Shown: positions 25,313 through 34,206 of the stretch, one piece after another
Position numbering within the stretch: the first letter of the stretch is position 1
How the letters are laid out: every line of letters starts with the position of its first letter
Virus record (IMG/VR): IMGVR_UViG_3300048861_000245
Span: 1-39,221 of that record
Length of the DNA stretch: 39,221 nucleotides
DNA from: a virus
Taxonomy: Duplodnaviria; Caudoviricetes
Reading direction: 5' to 3' (one strand)
Translations under genes and position numbers: made by a program
The notes under the pieces: generated by a model
Seen by the model: only the letters and a program-made list of their open reading frames with translations
Database searches by the model: none
What the model was told of the DNA's origin: nothing

Positions 25313-26356
25313 ATGGAATACGACCCCTCAGTCCTCACCGCGGCGCAGGTCACCGCTGAGGCACGTGCCGCTCAGGTCGTGGTCTCGCCGGCGTTCACGC
25401 TGTCGCGGTACCTCCCGGACCGGACGAACGATTCGCTGTCGTTCAACTTCGACGTGTCGCAGACGTCGCTGCCGAAGGCTGCTTCGTACCGTGCGTTCGA
25501 CGCTGAGTCGGACTTCGGTGACACGGAAGGAACCGTGTCGAAGTCCGGCCGGATCCCTCCGATCAGCCGGAAGCTCCGCGTCAACGAGTACGACACTCTC
25601 GTGCAGCAGATCGACGGCGGGCCCGTGCTCACGAGCACGTACCAGTCGTACGCTCGCCGCATCGCCGCGCAGATCCAGACGCGCGTCGAGCTCGCACGCG
25701 GCCAGGCGCTCGAGTTCGGTCAGGTCACACTGAACGAGAACAAGCTGAAGGCCACGATCGACTTCGGTCGGAAGGCGGCCCACACCGTCACTGCTGCGAC
25801 GCTCTGGTCCACCACGACCGCCGACATCATCGGCGACCTCACCGCGTGGCAGAACGTGTACACGTCGACGAACGGCATCAGCTGGTCCGACGTGCTCGTC
25901 TCGACGCAGGTCGCCGGCTACATGCAGCGCAACGTCGGGATCATCAGCGCCTACCTCGGCCGCGGCACCGACCTGCCGACGATGATCTCCCGCGACGCAG
26001 TGCAGTCGGTGCTCTCGTCCTACGGGTTCGGGACCCTCGTCATCAACGACGAGCAGGTGCAGGGCTCGGACGGCAACCCCGCCCGTGTCATCAGCGTCAA
26101 CAAGGTGATCTTCCTCCCGTCAACGTCGAGCGTCTCGCTCTCCGGCGACGGCGGCACCGCTCTCGGCGGCGTCGACTGGGGCATCACCGCAGAGTCCGTG
26201 TCGCCGAAGTACGGTGTGTCCGCGGCGGAGCGCGCCGGCATCTTCGGTGCCGTGTTCTCCGACAACGACCCGGAGGGCCGTTACGTGCTCCTCTCGGCGA
26301 CGGCACTGCCGATCCTCGAGAGCGCGAACTCGACGTTCGCCGCGACGGTCGCCTGA
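25313..26356 (+). CDS. Major capsid protein (lambda E-like)
   Basis: ASYRAFDAES, IPPISRK, RVELARGQAL..G, IDFGR. Confidence 0.9.
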   Translation: MEYDPSVLTAAQVTAEARAAQVVVSPAFTLSRYLPDRTNDSLSFNFDVSQTSLPKAASYRAFDAESDFGDTEGTVSKSGRIPPISRKLRVNEYDTLVQQIDGGPVLTSTYQSYARRIAAQIQTRVELARGQALEFGQVTLNENKLKATIDFGRKAAHTVTAATLWSTTTADIIGDLTAWQNVYTSTNGISWSDVLVSTQVAGYMQRNVGIISAYLGRGTDLPTMISRDAVQSVLSSYGFGTLVINDEQVQGSDGNPARVISVNKVIFLPSTSSVSLSGDGGTALGGVDWGITAESVSPKYGVSAAERAGIFGAVFSDNDPEGRYVLLSATALPILESANSTFAATVA

Positions 26357-26721
26357 TGGCCCGCCGCTTCGGGGTGTTCCTGCACCTGCACAAGAAGAGC
26401 GGCGAGTCGGTTGCCTTCGCACCCGGCGACGAGATCCCGGTGTGGGCGAACGGCAAGTTCGGTGACCATGTGCCGACGTACTCCGACAAGGAGCCGGCCC
26501 CGGACGATGCACTCGAGCAGGCGAAGGCGGCCGCCACGGCAGCCGGCGTCTCAGACGAGGGCACCGTCGACGAGATCAACGCCCGGATCGCAGCGGCGAA
26601 AGCTGCTGCAGGCGGGGCACCGTCCGACGACGACCTGCGGAAGCAGCTCGAAGCGATCGGGCAGCCGACCGACGGAACCCATGACGAGCTCGTGAAGCGG
26701 CTCGCCGACCACGGGGAGTGA
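26356..26721 (+). CDS. Head-associated protein with two SAP/HeH-like motifs
   Basis: FAPGDEIPVWA N-terminus; GVSDEGTVDEINARI and GQPTDGTHDELVKRL. Confidence 0.7.
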   Translation: MARRFGVFLHLHKKSGESVAFAPGDEIPVWANGKFGDHVPTYSDKEPAPDDALEQAKAAATAAGVSDEGTVDEINARIAAAKAAAGGAPSDDDLRKQLEAIGQPTDGTHDELVKRLADHGE

Positions 26722-26725
26722 TCGT

Positions 26726-27115
26726 ATGGCGTCCGTAGCAGTTGATGTCTCCGACGTTCAGGTGCGCTACGAGGGCGACCTCACTGCGTTCCGCCAGGAC
26801 TTCGTGCAGGCTCAGATCTCGGACGCCGTCGACTACGCGGACGCCCGATGGGGAGGACGGATCGCTGATCGCCTCTCCTCGGGTGTCCTCACTGCCGGCT
26901 TGTACAAGCGGGTCATCGCGGACGCTGTCCTCCGAGTGCTGCGGAATCCCGCGGGCCTCGCGAGCGAGGGCGACGGGTCGTACAACTACGCCACTCGGGC
27001 CACGGTCGCGTCAGGCAACCTGTGGTTCACCGACGCGGACGTCGAGATCCTGTCAGGGGACTCGACGACCGTCACATTCCCGCAGACGGTCGCAGTTCGG
27101 ATCCCACCGCGATGA
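26726..27115 (+). CDS. Head-to-tail adaptor
   Basis: VLRVLRNPAG..SE.DGSYNY...GNLWFT. Confidence 0.8.
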   Translation: MASVAVDVSDVQVRYEGDLTAFRQDFVQAQISDAVDYADARWGGRIADRLSSGVLTAGLYKRVIADAVLRVLRNPAGLASEGDGSYNYATRATVASGNLWFTDADVEILSGDSTTVTFPQTVAVRIPPR

Positions 27116-27438
27116 CGCTCCTCGACAACGGGCCGCACACCCTCACCGTGCAGCCTCGAGTTCCGGTGCAGACACCGCACGGCGTGACGATGCAAGCTGA
27201 CGGCGACCCCGTCGTGATCCGCGGCATCATGCAGCCGTACTCGGCCGCCCAATCGACCGTCGACGGGAAGGTGACGCTGACACAGCGCCGCTGGCTGTCC
27301 CGGACGTGGGTCGGCGACAGCAACTCGCTCATCACGTCCTACGACGGAATGGTGTGGGAGCTCTCCGGAGATCCGCAGCAGTACCAGTCATCGCCCGGCA
27401 CTCAGCATTGGGAAGTTGTTCTGTCGAAGGTGAGGTGA
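27112..27438 (+). CDS. Head-to-tail stopper
   Basis: Position; MTLLDNGPHTLTV...WELSGDP...HWEV. Confidence 0.7.
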   Translation: MTLLDNGPHTLTVQPRVPVQTPHGVTMQADGDPVVIRGIMQPYSAAQSTVDGKVTLTQRRWLSRTWVGDSNSLITSYDGMVWELSGDPQQYQSSPGTQHWEVVLSKVR

Positions 27439-27443
27439 CCGTC

Positions 27444-27755
27444 ATGGCTGACCTCGATCGGGACCTCAACGCGCAGGTCGCGAAGATGGTCGGTGCTGGC
27501 ACGGACCTCGACGCCGTGGCGAACGCGATCGCGGAAACCGCCCGAGCGAACTACTCCGGGCACGGGACCGCGTCGACGTACATCCACGTCGAAAAGGGCC
27601 GTATCGACCGTCGCGTCACGTTCGACCATCCGCAAGCGTCGTACCTCGAGATGGGGCACTTGATGGTGAACCGTCGCACGGGGAAGAAAACGATGCGGTG
27701 GATCCGCGGCATCCACGGTCTGCGTAACGCCGCTCGAACCCACGGGGGCTACTGA
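27444..27755 (+). CDS. Neck / tail completion protein
   Basis: Position; ASYLEMGH...GIHGLRNAA. Confidence 0.65.
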   Translation: MADLDRDLNAQVAKMVGAGTDLDAVANAIAETARANYSGHGTASTYIHVEKGRIDRRVTFDHPQASYLEMGHLMVNRRTGKKTMRWIRGIHGLRNAARTHGGY

Positions 27756-28159
27756 TGCTCGACATCGAAACGCTCTTCGACACTCTCATCAGGCGCGACG
27801 CCACGTCAGCGCAGTTCATCGGCTCTGAGTACGACACGACTCTCGTCGACAAGTTCCCCGCGATCGTGTGGTTGGTCTCCGGCACGGGGAACCAGTCCAA
27901 CGGACCGGGCCTGTACACCGCATCCCTGACCGCCTACGTGCACGGTGAACCCGCCGAAGCGTGGGCGTGCATGTCCGAGCTCTACGACGCCGTCTGGTCC
28001 TGGGATACCCCCGGGAACGGCACCGTCGACGGCATCGGGTCTGTGCAGAAGGTCACGGAAGACATCAACTACCCATCCCGGGACTCAACGTCGATCGTCG
28101 GCGGATCCACGGGTGTGCAGTACCAGGCCATCTGGGGTCTGCTGCTGCGCCAACTCTGA
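27755..28159 (+). CDS. Tail terminator
   Basis: Position directly before the major tail gene; size. Confidence 0.6.
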   Translation: MLDIETLFDTLIRRDATSAQFIGSEYDTTLVDKFPAIVWLVSGTGNQSNGPGLYTASLTAYVHGEPAEAWACMSELYDAVWSWDTPGNGTVDGIGSVQKVTEDINYPSRDSTSIVGGSTGVQYQAIWGLLLRQL

Positions 28160-28178
28160 CCTCTCAAAGGAGCTCATC

Positions 28179-28781
28179 ATGGCTGCCGACTCCGGCGCTC
28201 TCTTCATCCCCGGTCACGGCACGGTCTTCACGGCCGCCGTGAACACTCCGATGCCCCAAGCTGGTGCATCAGCGTTCCACCTCACCGGCAACGCGCCGAC
28301 TGGCTGGACGAACATCGGCCACACCTCGCAGAAGAACATGGTCTCGTTCAGCATCGACGGCGGCGACGCCACGAAGCTCGACACCTGGCTGCAGGACGGC
28401 GTCCGCACTGTGTACGCGGCAACGGACTGGTCCCTCGGGATCAACTCGCTGCAGCTGGACCGCGCGAACCTCGACCTCGCGTTCAACGGTGGCGTCGACA
28501 CCGACGGGTCGTACATCGTTCCCGGCACGAACTCTGGTCTCGACATCGCCCTGTTCGTCCTCGCGACTGACACGACCGGCAACCTCGGGTTCTACATCCC
28601 GAACACGTCGACGAAGCTGTCCGACTCCCCGTCGTTCGACACGGCCGACTTCCTCGAGCTTCCGCTCACCGCATCGATCCTCGCGGCCGACGTCGCTCAG
28701 ATCCCGGCTCTGCCCGACGGCCGCACCGGAATCATGAAGATCTACCCGCCTGAGACGCTCACCGCGGGCTCGTCGTCCTGA
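28179..28781 (+). CDS. Major tail protein
   Basis: AAGGAG RBS; LFIPGHGTVF, GWTNIGHTS. Confidence 0.85.
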   Translation: MAADSGALFIPGHGTVFTAAVNTPMPQAGASAFHLTGNAPTGWTNIGHTSQKNMVSFSIDGGDATKLDTWLQDGVRTVYAATDWSLGINSLQLDRANLDLAFNGGVDTDGSYIVPGTNSGLDIALFVLATDTTGNLGFYIPNTSTKLSDSPSFDTADFLELPLTASILAADVAQIPALPDGRTGIMKIYPPETLTAGSSS

Positions 28782-28792
28782 CGTGACTAACC

Positions 28793-28831
28793 CCGGGGGC
28801 AGACGGTTCGTCGGGATCCGTCTGCTCCCGG
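28793..28831 (+). terminator. Long hairpin after the major tail gene
   Basis: CCGGGGGCAGACGG...CCGTCTGCTCCCGG; weak U tail. Confidence 0.55.
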
Positions 28832-28873
28832 TCCTCAACCCCATCCCGGCATCTCAGAAAGGCCCGGACTCCC

Positions 28874-29344
28874 ATGTCTGACACCACTGCTTTCGGCCAG
28901 CCGACAACCCCTGTCATCCCGCCGCCACCGCCGATCATCCGGAACCCGGCCGACGAGTCCCCAACACTGACTGCGAACGATCAGCTCGCGGAGCTCGAAG
29001 CGCTGCTCGTCACCGCGAACGTTCCACCGTTGATGCCGTTGCCGTGGCGTGCCCGGCACCGTCTCGCGCTCGTCGGACTGTTCAGCCGACTGGAGGGTCT
29101 TATCGGACCCGACGGGGAGGTCGACGTCGAGAACCTCGACGTGTTCGACGACTTCCAGGACCTCATCGGCCGTGCTGATGAACTGTTCGAAGCGGTCGCT
29201 TTGAATCGTTCCGCGTACGTCGAGTGGTCCCGGAACCTTCCGAACCAGGAAGAAGTGTTCGCGGCGCTTCTGGGCAAGTACGCGAGGGCAGTGGGGGAAT
29301 CGACGCAGTCTGCGCCTACCTCGACGACTTCCGCGTCGAACTGA
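28874..29344 (+). CDS. Tail assembly chaperone (G-like)
   Basis: Lies between major tail and tape measure; ends ...AVGES. Confidence 0.8.
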   Translation: MSDTTAFGQPTTPVIPPPPPIIRNPADESPTLTANDQLAELEALLVTANVPPLMPLPWRARHRLALVGLFSRLEGLIGPDGEVDVENLDVFDDFQDLIGRADELFEAVALNRSAYVEWSRNLPNQEEVFAALLGKYARAVGESTQSAPTSTTSASN

Positions 29345-29730
29345 TCGCAGACTTCCAGGCGATTTACCGACTGAACATCCTCGACGTCCTCAAGGGGCGT
29401 CTCGACGCCGGCTACGTGGCGGAGCTCATCGAAGGGCTCCTCAGGCAGCCGGCGTCTCTGTTTCGGTCGGACTGGCTCGAGCAGCATCCCGAAGCGATCG
29501 CTGCTCCCGACTCCGGTGAGCAGCCGCGGCTGTCGTTCTACGGCTGGTCGCAGGACTCGATGCTGCTCACTTCCATCCACAACATCCTCGCCGCGCTCGC
29601 GTACCAGAAAGAAGCGAAGGCCCACATGATCGACGGCCCGACGGCGAAGCCGAAGAGCCGCCTGTTCGCGCCGACGATCGCCGAGTTCAACGTCCAGAAG
29701 TTCTACGAAGCGCTCCTGACCCCGACATAG
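29293..29730 (+). CDS. Tail assembly chaperone -1 frameshift extension (GT-like)
   Basis: Slippery G-GGG-GAA at 29293-29299 leads into GIDAVCAYLDDF..ADFQAIYRL. Confidence 0.8.
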   Translation, partial: GGIDAVCAYLDDFRVELIADFQAIYRLNILDVLKGRLDAGYVAELIEGLLRQPASLFRSDWLEQHPEAIAAPDSGEQPRLSFYGWSQDSMLLTSIHNILAALAYQKEAKAHMIDGPTAKPKSRLFAPTIAEFNVQKFYEALLTPT

Positions 29731-29764
29731 CGGGTCCGGGGCGCTTCTGTGTTGGAGGTGCCCC

Positions 29765-32700
29765 GTGACCGGTGTGAACAAGGTCTGGGTGACTGTCGCT
29801 CCCGACACGTCGAAGTTCCGCAGGGAAACCCTCGAGTACCTAAAGACGCTCGAGAAGAACCTGCAGGTCGTCGTGAAGCTCGTCCTCGACAAGGACGGGC
29901 TGAAGGCGCAGACGGACGCCGCGATCAAGGCGGTTTCCGGCCGCACCATCGCCGTCGGTGTGGACGTCGACGACACGGCCGCGAAGAAGCGCCTCGACGA
30001 GCTCGGTAAGGCGCAGAAGGCGACGATCAACGCTGACGCGGACACGGGGAAGGCGTCGGCGCAGATCGACGTCGCGAGCCGGAACCGGAAGGTCGAGTTC
30101 ATCCCCGACGTGTCGAAAGCGGCACTGGTGAAGGTCGGCTCTCTTCTTGCCGGCTACACGGGGTTGAAGACGGCGCAGCAGGGTGTGCAGAAGTTCGGCG
30201 CTGCCCTGGCTTCTCTCGGTGAGGACACCCCGCGGATCGCTTCGGCGGCACTCGCGGTTGGTTCCCTCGGTTCGCTGGCGCTGTCGTCGGTGTCGGGGTT
30301 GGTCACGATGGCGGCCGCGCTCGCACCGATCGGGGCGCTGGTGGCCCCACTGCCCGGGTTCCTTCTCGCTGGCGGTGCGGCTGTGGCTGTGTTCGCGATG
30401 GCGATGAAGGACGCGAAGACGCAGCTCGCTGGGTTGAAGCCCGCGTTCGACCAGCTGCAGAACAGTGTGTCGGCGGCGTTCTGGGCGAAAGCGAAAGCGC
30501 CGATCGTCGACATGGTCAAGTCGGTGCTCCCTTCCCTCCAGAAGGGCCTGACTGGTGTCGGTTCTGCGCTGGGAGCGTTTTCCGGGTCGGTTGCGGGTTC
30601 CTTTCAGAAAGCGTTCGGTCCGGCCGTCATTTCCGGGATCCTCGGGCCGTTGGCTACGTCGATCTCGAACGCGACGAAGGGCACCGACAGCTTCGCGCAG
30701 TCGTTGGCGTCGCTCGGAACGTTCGGGGCGAAGTACCTGCCCAGCCTCGGAACGATGTTCTCGAACCTCGCGGTGTCGTTCAACGGGTGGATTCAGGGCG
30801 TCGTCAAGAACGGGCAGCTCGCGAGTTGGGTGCAGAGCGGCGTGTCCGCGTTGCGGATGCTCGGCTCGATCGCGCAGAACGCGTTCGGCATTATCTCCGG
30901 CGTCGCGAATGCGGCGTTCAACGCTGGCGGTGCTGGCCTGCAGACGTTCGCGAACGCTCTCGCGACGGTGAACAACCTCGTCAACAGCAGCGGCTTCCAA
31001 ACCGGCCTCACGGACGTGTTCACCGGAGCAGCGGAAGGCGCGGCAGCGCTCGGGAACGCGATGGGCCCAATCGCGCAACTGTTCCAGACCCTCGCCCCCG
31101 TGATCGGTGCAGCACTTACGACCTTGGCTACGACAGCCGCGGACATCATCGGGAACATTGCCGTCGATCTGAACCAGCCGGGCATCGCAGCCGGACTCAC
31201 TGCCGCGATCAACGGGATCGCTGCAGGGTTCGAAGCACTCCTGCCCGCCCTACCAGGCGTGCTGGCCGCGCTGAGCCCCATTCTGACAATGATCGGCACG
31301 CTCGCGTCCACGATCGGCCCCATCCTCGCCGCTGCTCTGACCACACTGCAGCCGGTCCTCGGGGCTGTGACGACCGCCCTGCAACCGCTGATCGTTGCTG
31401 TGGGCCCGATTCTGCAGCAGGCGATATTGGCTTTGCAGCCTGCGTTCGCGGCCTTAGCAGCAGCGGTCGCACCAATTGCTCAGGCGCTGATCCCGGTCCT
31501 CACCACAGCGCTTCAGGCGCTCGCTCCAATGTGGCCACAGATCGCTCAGGAGATCGTTGCACTCGCGCCGGTCGCGGTTCAGCTCGCGCAACTCTTGGCC
31601 ACCGTCCTCATCCCGGCAATAAAGGCGATCGGGCCCGTCCTCGAGATCATGGGGGCAACCTCGGCCGCAGTTTTCGGCGTCTTGGCGACAATCGTCGGGA
31701 CCACCGTGCGCGTCGTTTCGGACCTCCTCCACGGCAATTTCGTGGGCGCATTCCGAGATGCCGTAGCCGGTGTGAAATCGGCCGTCTCGCAGGTCGGTAG
31801 CGCGGTCTCGGGCATCGAAGGCATGGTCCAGAGAGCACTCGCCGGTGCAGGAACCTGGCTCCTCGACGTCGGTGGACACATCGTCGACGGCCTGGAAATC
31901 GGATTGGCAGCCGCATGGGGCCGAGTGACGAGCTACATCCACGGTCTCGCGATGGAGCTACCGAAGGTTGTCCGTGAGGCGCTCGGCATCCACTCACCGT
32001 CGAAGGTTTTCCAGCAGATCGGTAACTACGTCGGCACGGGCCTCACGAGGGGCCTGAACGGCAGCGTTTCCGGTGTGAAGTCGTCGGCACGGTCGATGAC
32101 GAACGCGCTCGTCAACGAGTTCAACGCCGAGGATCAGATCCGGCAGAAGAACCAGGCGATCATCGCAGCTGCGGAATCCGCGACTAACCCGCTGCAGAGG
32201 ACCGCGGCGGGTCGTGCGAGACTCGCGGCGGAAATCGCGGCCGCGAACCAGAAGATCGCGGCCGCGCCCCTCACAAAGGGCGACGAGACGCGCGCGCTGG
32301 CGGCGGTCAGCAAGGCGAACACGGAGCTGACGAAATACGCGGCGGAACGCTCGACTGTCGCGACGAAGCTCACGGCTGCGAACAAGGCGCTCGTCGCGGC
32401 GCAGAAGCAGGTCTCGGACTACACGACCACCGCGGAGCAGTCCCTCGGGACGGTGTCCGTGACGTCCGCGTCGACGCCGTCGCAGGTGATCTCTCTCCTG
32501 CAGCAGCGTCTGTCGAACGTGAAGACGTACACGAGTGTGCTCACGAAGCTGCGCAAGGAGGGGTTGGACGACACCACGTTCCAGCAGCTGATCTCGGCCG
32601 GCGTTGACGCGTTGCCGCTTGCGCAGTCATTGCTCGCGGGCGGAGCGGGAAACATTAAGCAGATCGCGTCGCTGCAGAGCCAGATCACCAGCGCGTCGAG

Positions 32701-33139
32701 CACGTTCGCTTCCTCGGCGGCGAACAGTCTCTACGGGGCCGGTGTTCAGGCGGCGCAGGGACTGGTCAAGGGCCTGCAATCGCAGCAAGCGGCGATCGCG
32801 AAGCAGATGGCCTCGATCGCGGCGAGCATGGTCGCCACCATCAAGAGCAACCTCGGCATCCACTCACCGTCGAAGGTGATGGAGCTGCAGGTCGGTCGGT
32901 GGATTCCGGCTGGGCTCGCGAAGGGCATCACTGGCGGGTACGGGGCGGTGTCGTCGGCGATGAATGGGCTGGTGTCGATCCCGTCGACGTCGTCCGTGAC
33001 CGTCGGTGTTGCCGGGTCCGGATCGTCTGCTGCCCCTGTGTCGAAGACGTACGCGCCGGTGATTCAGAACTACACCCGGCCGCTCACGCCTACGGACGTG
33101 GTCAATGCGATGCATCAGATCGACGTGCTCGTCGGCTGA
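29765..33139 (+). CDS. Tape measure protein
   Basis: 1124 aa, Ala/Gly/Leu-rich, V.PDTSKF start, two LGIHSPSKV motifs. Confidence 0.92.
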   Translation: MTGVNKVWVTVAPDTSKFRRETLEYLKTLEKNLQVVVKLVLDKDGLKAQTDAAIKAVSGRTIAVGVDVDDTAAKKRLDELGKAQKATINADADTGKASAQIDVASRNRKVEFIPDVSKAALVKVGSLLAGYTGLKTAQQGVQKFGAALASLGEDTPRIASAALAVGSLGSLALSSVSGLVTMAAALAPIGALVAPLPGFLLAGGAAVAVFAMAMKDAKTQLAGLKPAFDQLQNSVSAAFWAKAKAPIVDMVKSVLPSLQKGLTGVGSALGAFSGSVAGSFQKAFGPAVISGILGPLATSISNATKGTDSFAQSLASLGTFGAKYLPSLGTMFSNLAVSFNGWIQGVVKNGQLASWVQSGVSALRMLGSIAQNAFGIISGVANAAFNAGGAGLQTFANALATVNNLVNSSGFQTGLTDVFTGAAEGAAALGNAMGPIAQLFQTLAPVIGAALTTLATTAADIIGNIAVDLNQPGIAAGLTAAINGIAAGFEALLPALPGVLAALSPILTMIGTLASTIGPILAAALTTLQPVLGAVTTALQPLIVAVGPILQQAILALQPAFAALAAAVAPIAQALIPVLTTALQALAPMWPQIAQEIVALAPVAVQLAQLLATVLIPAIKAIGPVLEIMGATSAAVFGVLATIVGTTVRVVSDLLHGNFVGAFRDAVAGVKSAVSQVGSAVSGIEGMVQRALAGAGTWLLDVGGHIVDGLEIGLAAAWGRVTSYIHGLAMELPKVVREALGIHSPSKVFQQIGNYVGTGLTRGLNGSVSGVKSSARSMTNALVNEFNAEDQIRQKNQAIIAAAESATNPLQRTAAGRARLAAEIAAANQKIAAAPLTKGDETRALAAVSKANTELTKYAAERSTVATKLTAANKALVAAQKQVSDYTTTAEQSLGTVSVTSASTPSQVISLLQQRLSNVKTYTSVLTKLRKEGLDDTTFQQLISAGVDALPLAQSLLAGGAGNIKQIASLQSQITSASSTFASSAANSLYGAGVQAAQGLVKGLQSQQAAIAKQMASIAASMVATIKSNLGIHSPSKVMELQVGRWIPAGLAKGITGGYGAVSSAMNGLVSIPSTSSVTVGVAGSGSSAAPVSKTYAPVIQNYTRPLTPTDVVNAMHQIDVLVG

Positions 33140-33152
33140 CTGAGGAGGAACA

Positions 33153-34196
33153 ATGGCCGACGTCATCGACGGGAACGGTTCCGATGCGACAGCCGTCGTC
33201 GACGGGAACAACGATCTCTCCACCGCGGCGGGCATCTACGACGGTAACGACGTCGCGGTGGAGATCGTCATCCCGCCGACACCGGTGCAGATCGTCGAGA
33301 GCCGGCGGATTTGGCTCGAGTCGATGGACGGGTCCACGGTCATCGACTTGAACGGCGGTGGTGGTGCGTTCCTTCGTCCCGGAGCGACGGGGCTGCAGCT
33401 ACCACCGCTCGACGTCGTCACGTCGGTGACGCCGGGGATGCCGGGCTCGTACCTGGAAGAGGTGAACGTTCAAGAGCGGCCGGTGTTCCTGCCGCTCGGG
33501 TTCACTTCATCAGCTGGGCAGGCGGACTTCTTCGCGAAGCTGGCGGTGCTCCGGAGCTTCATTGACTGGGACGACGTCACCATCGGGCAGACGGGCATGT
33601 TCCGCATCGGGGTTTCCTCGCTCCTCGGTGAACGGCTCCTCGACGTCGTCTACAAGAGCGGCTGGGAAGGCACCGAGTCCCCACCGGACTCAGGTAGCGA
33701 CTGGGCGGTGTTCCCACTGAACCTCGTCGCCGTCGACCCGTATTGGCGGCAACGTGACCCGGTTGAGTTGCCGTTCTCAGCAGCAGCCGGCCCGGTGTTC
33801 CTCGGCTCCGGTGACGGTTCCAATCCGTGGCCACGGCAGATCTCCGCGAGCACCGTCATCGGCAGCAACATGGCCATCCCGGTCGACGGTGACGTGCCCG
33901 TATGGCCGGAGATCCAGATCGACGGCCCCGTGTCAGCTGCGACGGTCACCTACCCGGGCACGTCGATCGTTGTCCCTTCTGGGGTGAACGACTCATCGAC
34001 GCTGGTGCTGGTCACCGATCCACGGTTCCGTTCTGCGCGGCTGGACGGTGCGATCGCATGGTCGAGCATCACGCTCGGCTCGACCGTCGTTCCGCTGAAA
34101 CCCGGCGTCAACAAGATGAGCGTCACGGTCGGCACGTCCGGAGCGGGAACGGGACTGATTCTCCGGTGGACGCCGGGATGGAAAACCCCCTGGTGA
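33153..34196 (+). CDS. Distal tail (Dit-like) minor tail protein
   Basis: Follows the tape measure gene; AVDPYW, GDVPVWPEIQIDGP, LKPGVN. Confidence 0.8.
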   Translation: MADVIDGNGSDATAVVDGNNDLSTAAGIYDGNDVAVEIVIPPTPVQIVESRRIWLESMDGSTVIDLNGGGGAFLRPGATGLQLPPLDVVTSVTPGMPGSYLEEVNVQERPVFLPLGFTSSAGQADFFAKLAVLRSFIDWDDVTIGQTGMFRIGVSSLLGERLLDVVYKSGWEGTESPPDSGSDWAVFPLNLVAVDPYWRQRDPVELPFSAAAGPVFLGSGDGSNPWPRQISASTVIGSNMAIPVDGDVPVWPEIQIDGPVSAATVTYPGTSIVVPSGVNDSSTLVLVTDPRFRSARLDGAIAWSSITLGSTVVPLKPGVNKMSVTVGTSGAGTGLILRWTPGWKTPW

Positions 34197-34206
34197 TCGG
34201 AGCCGC

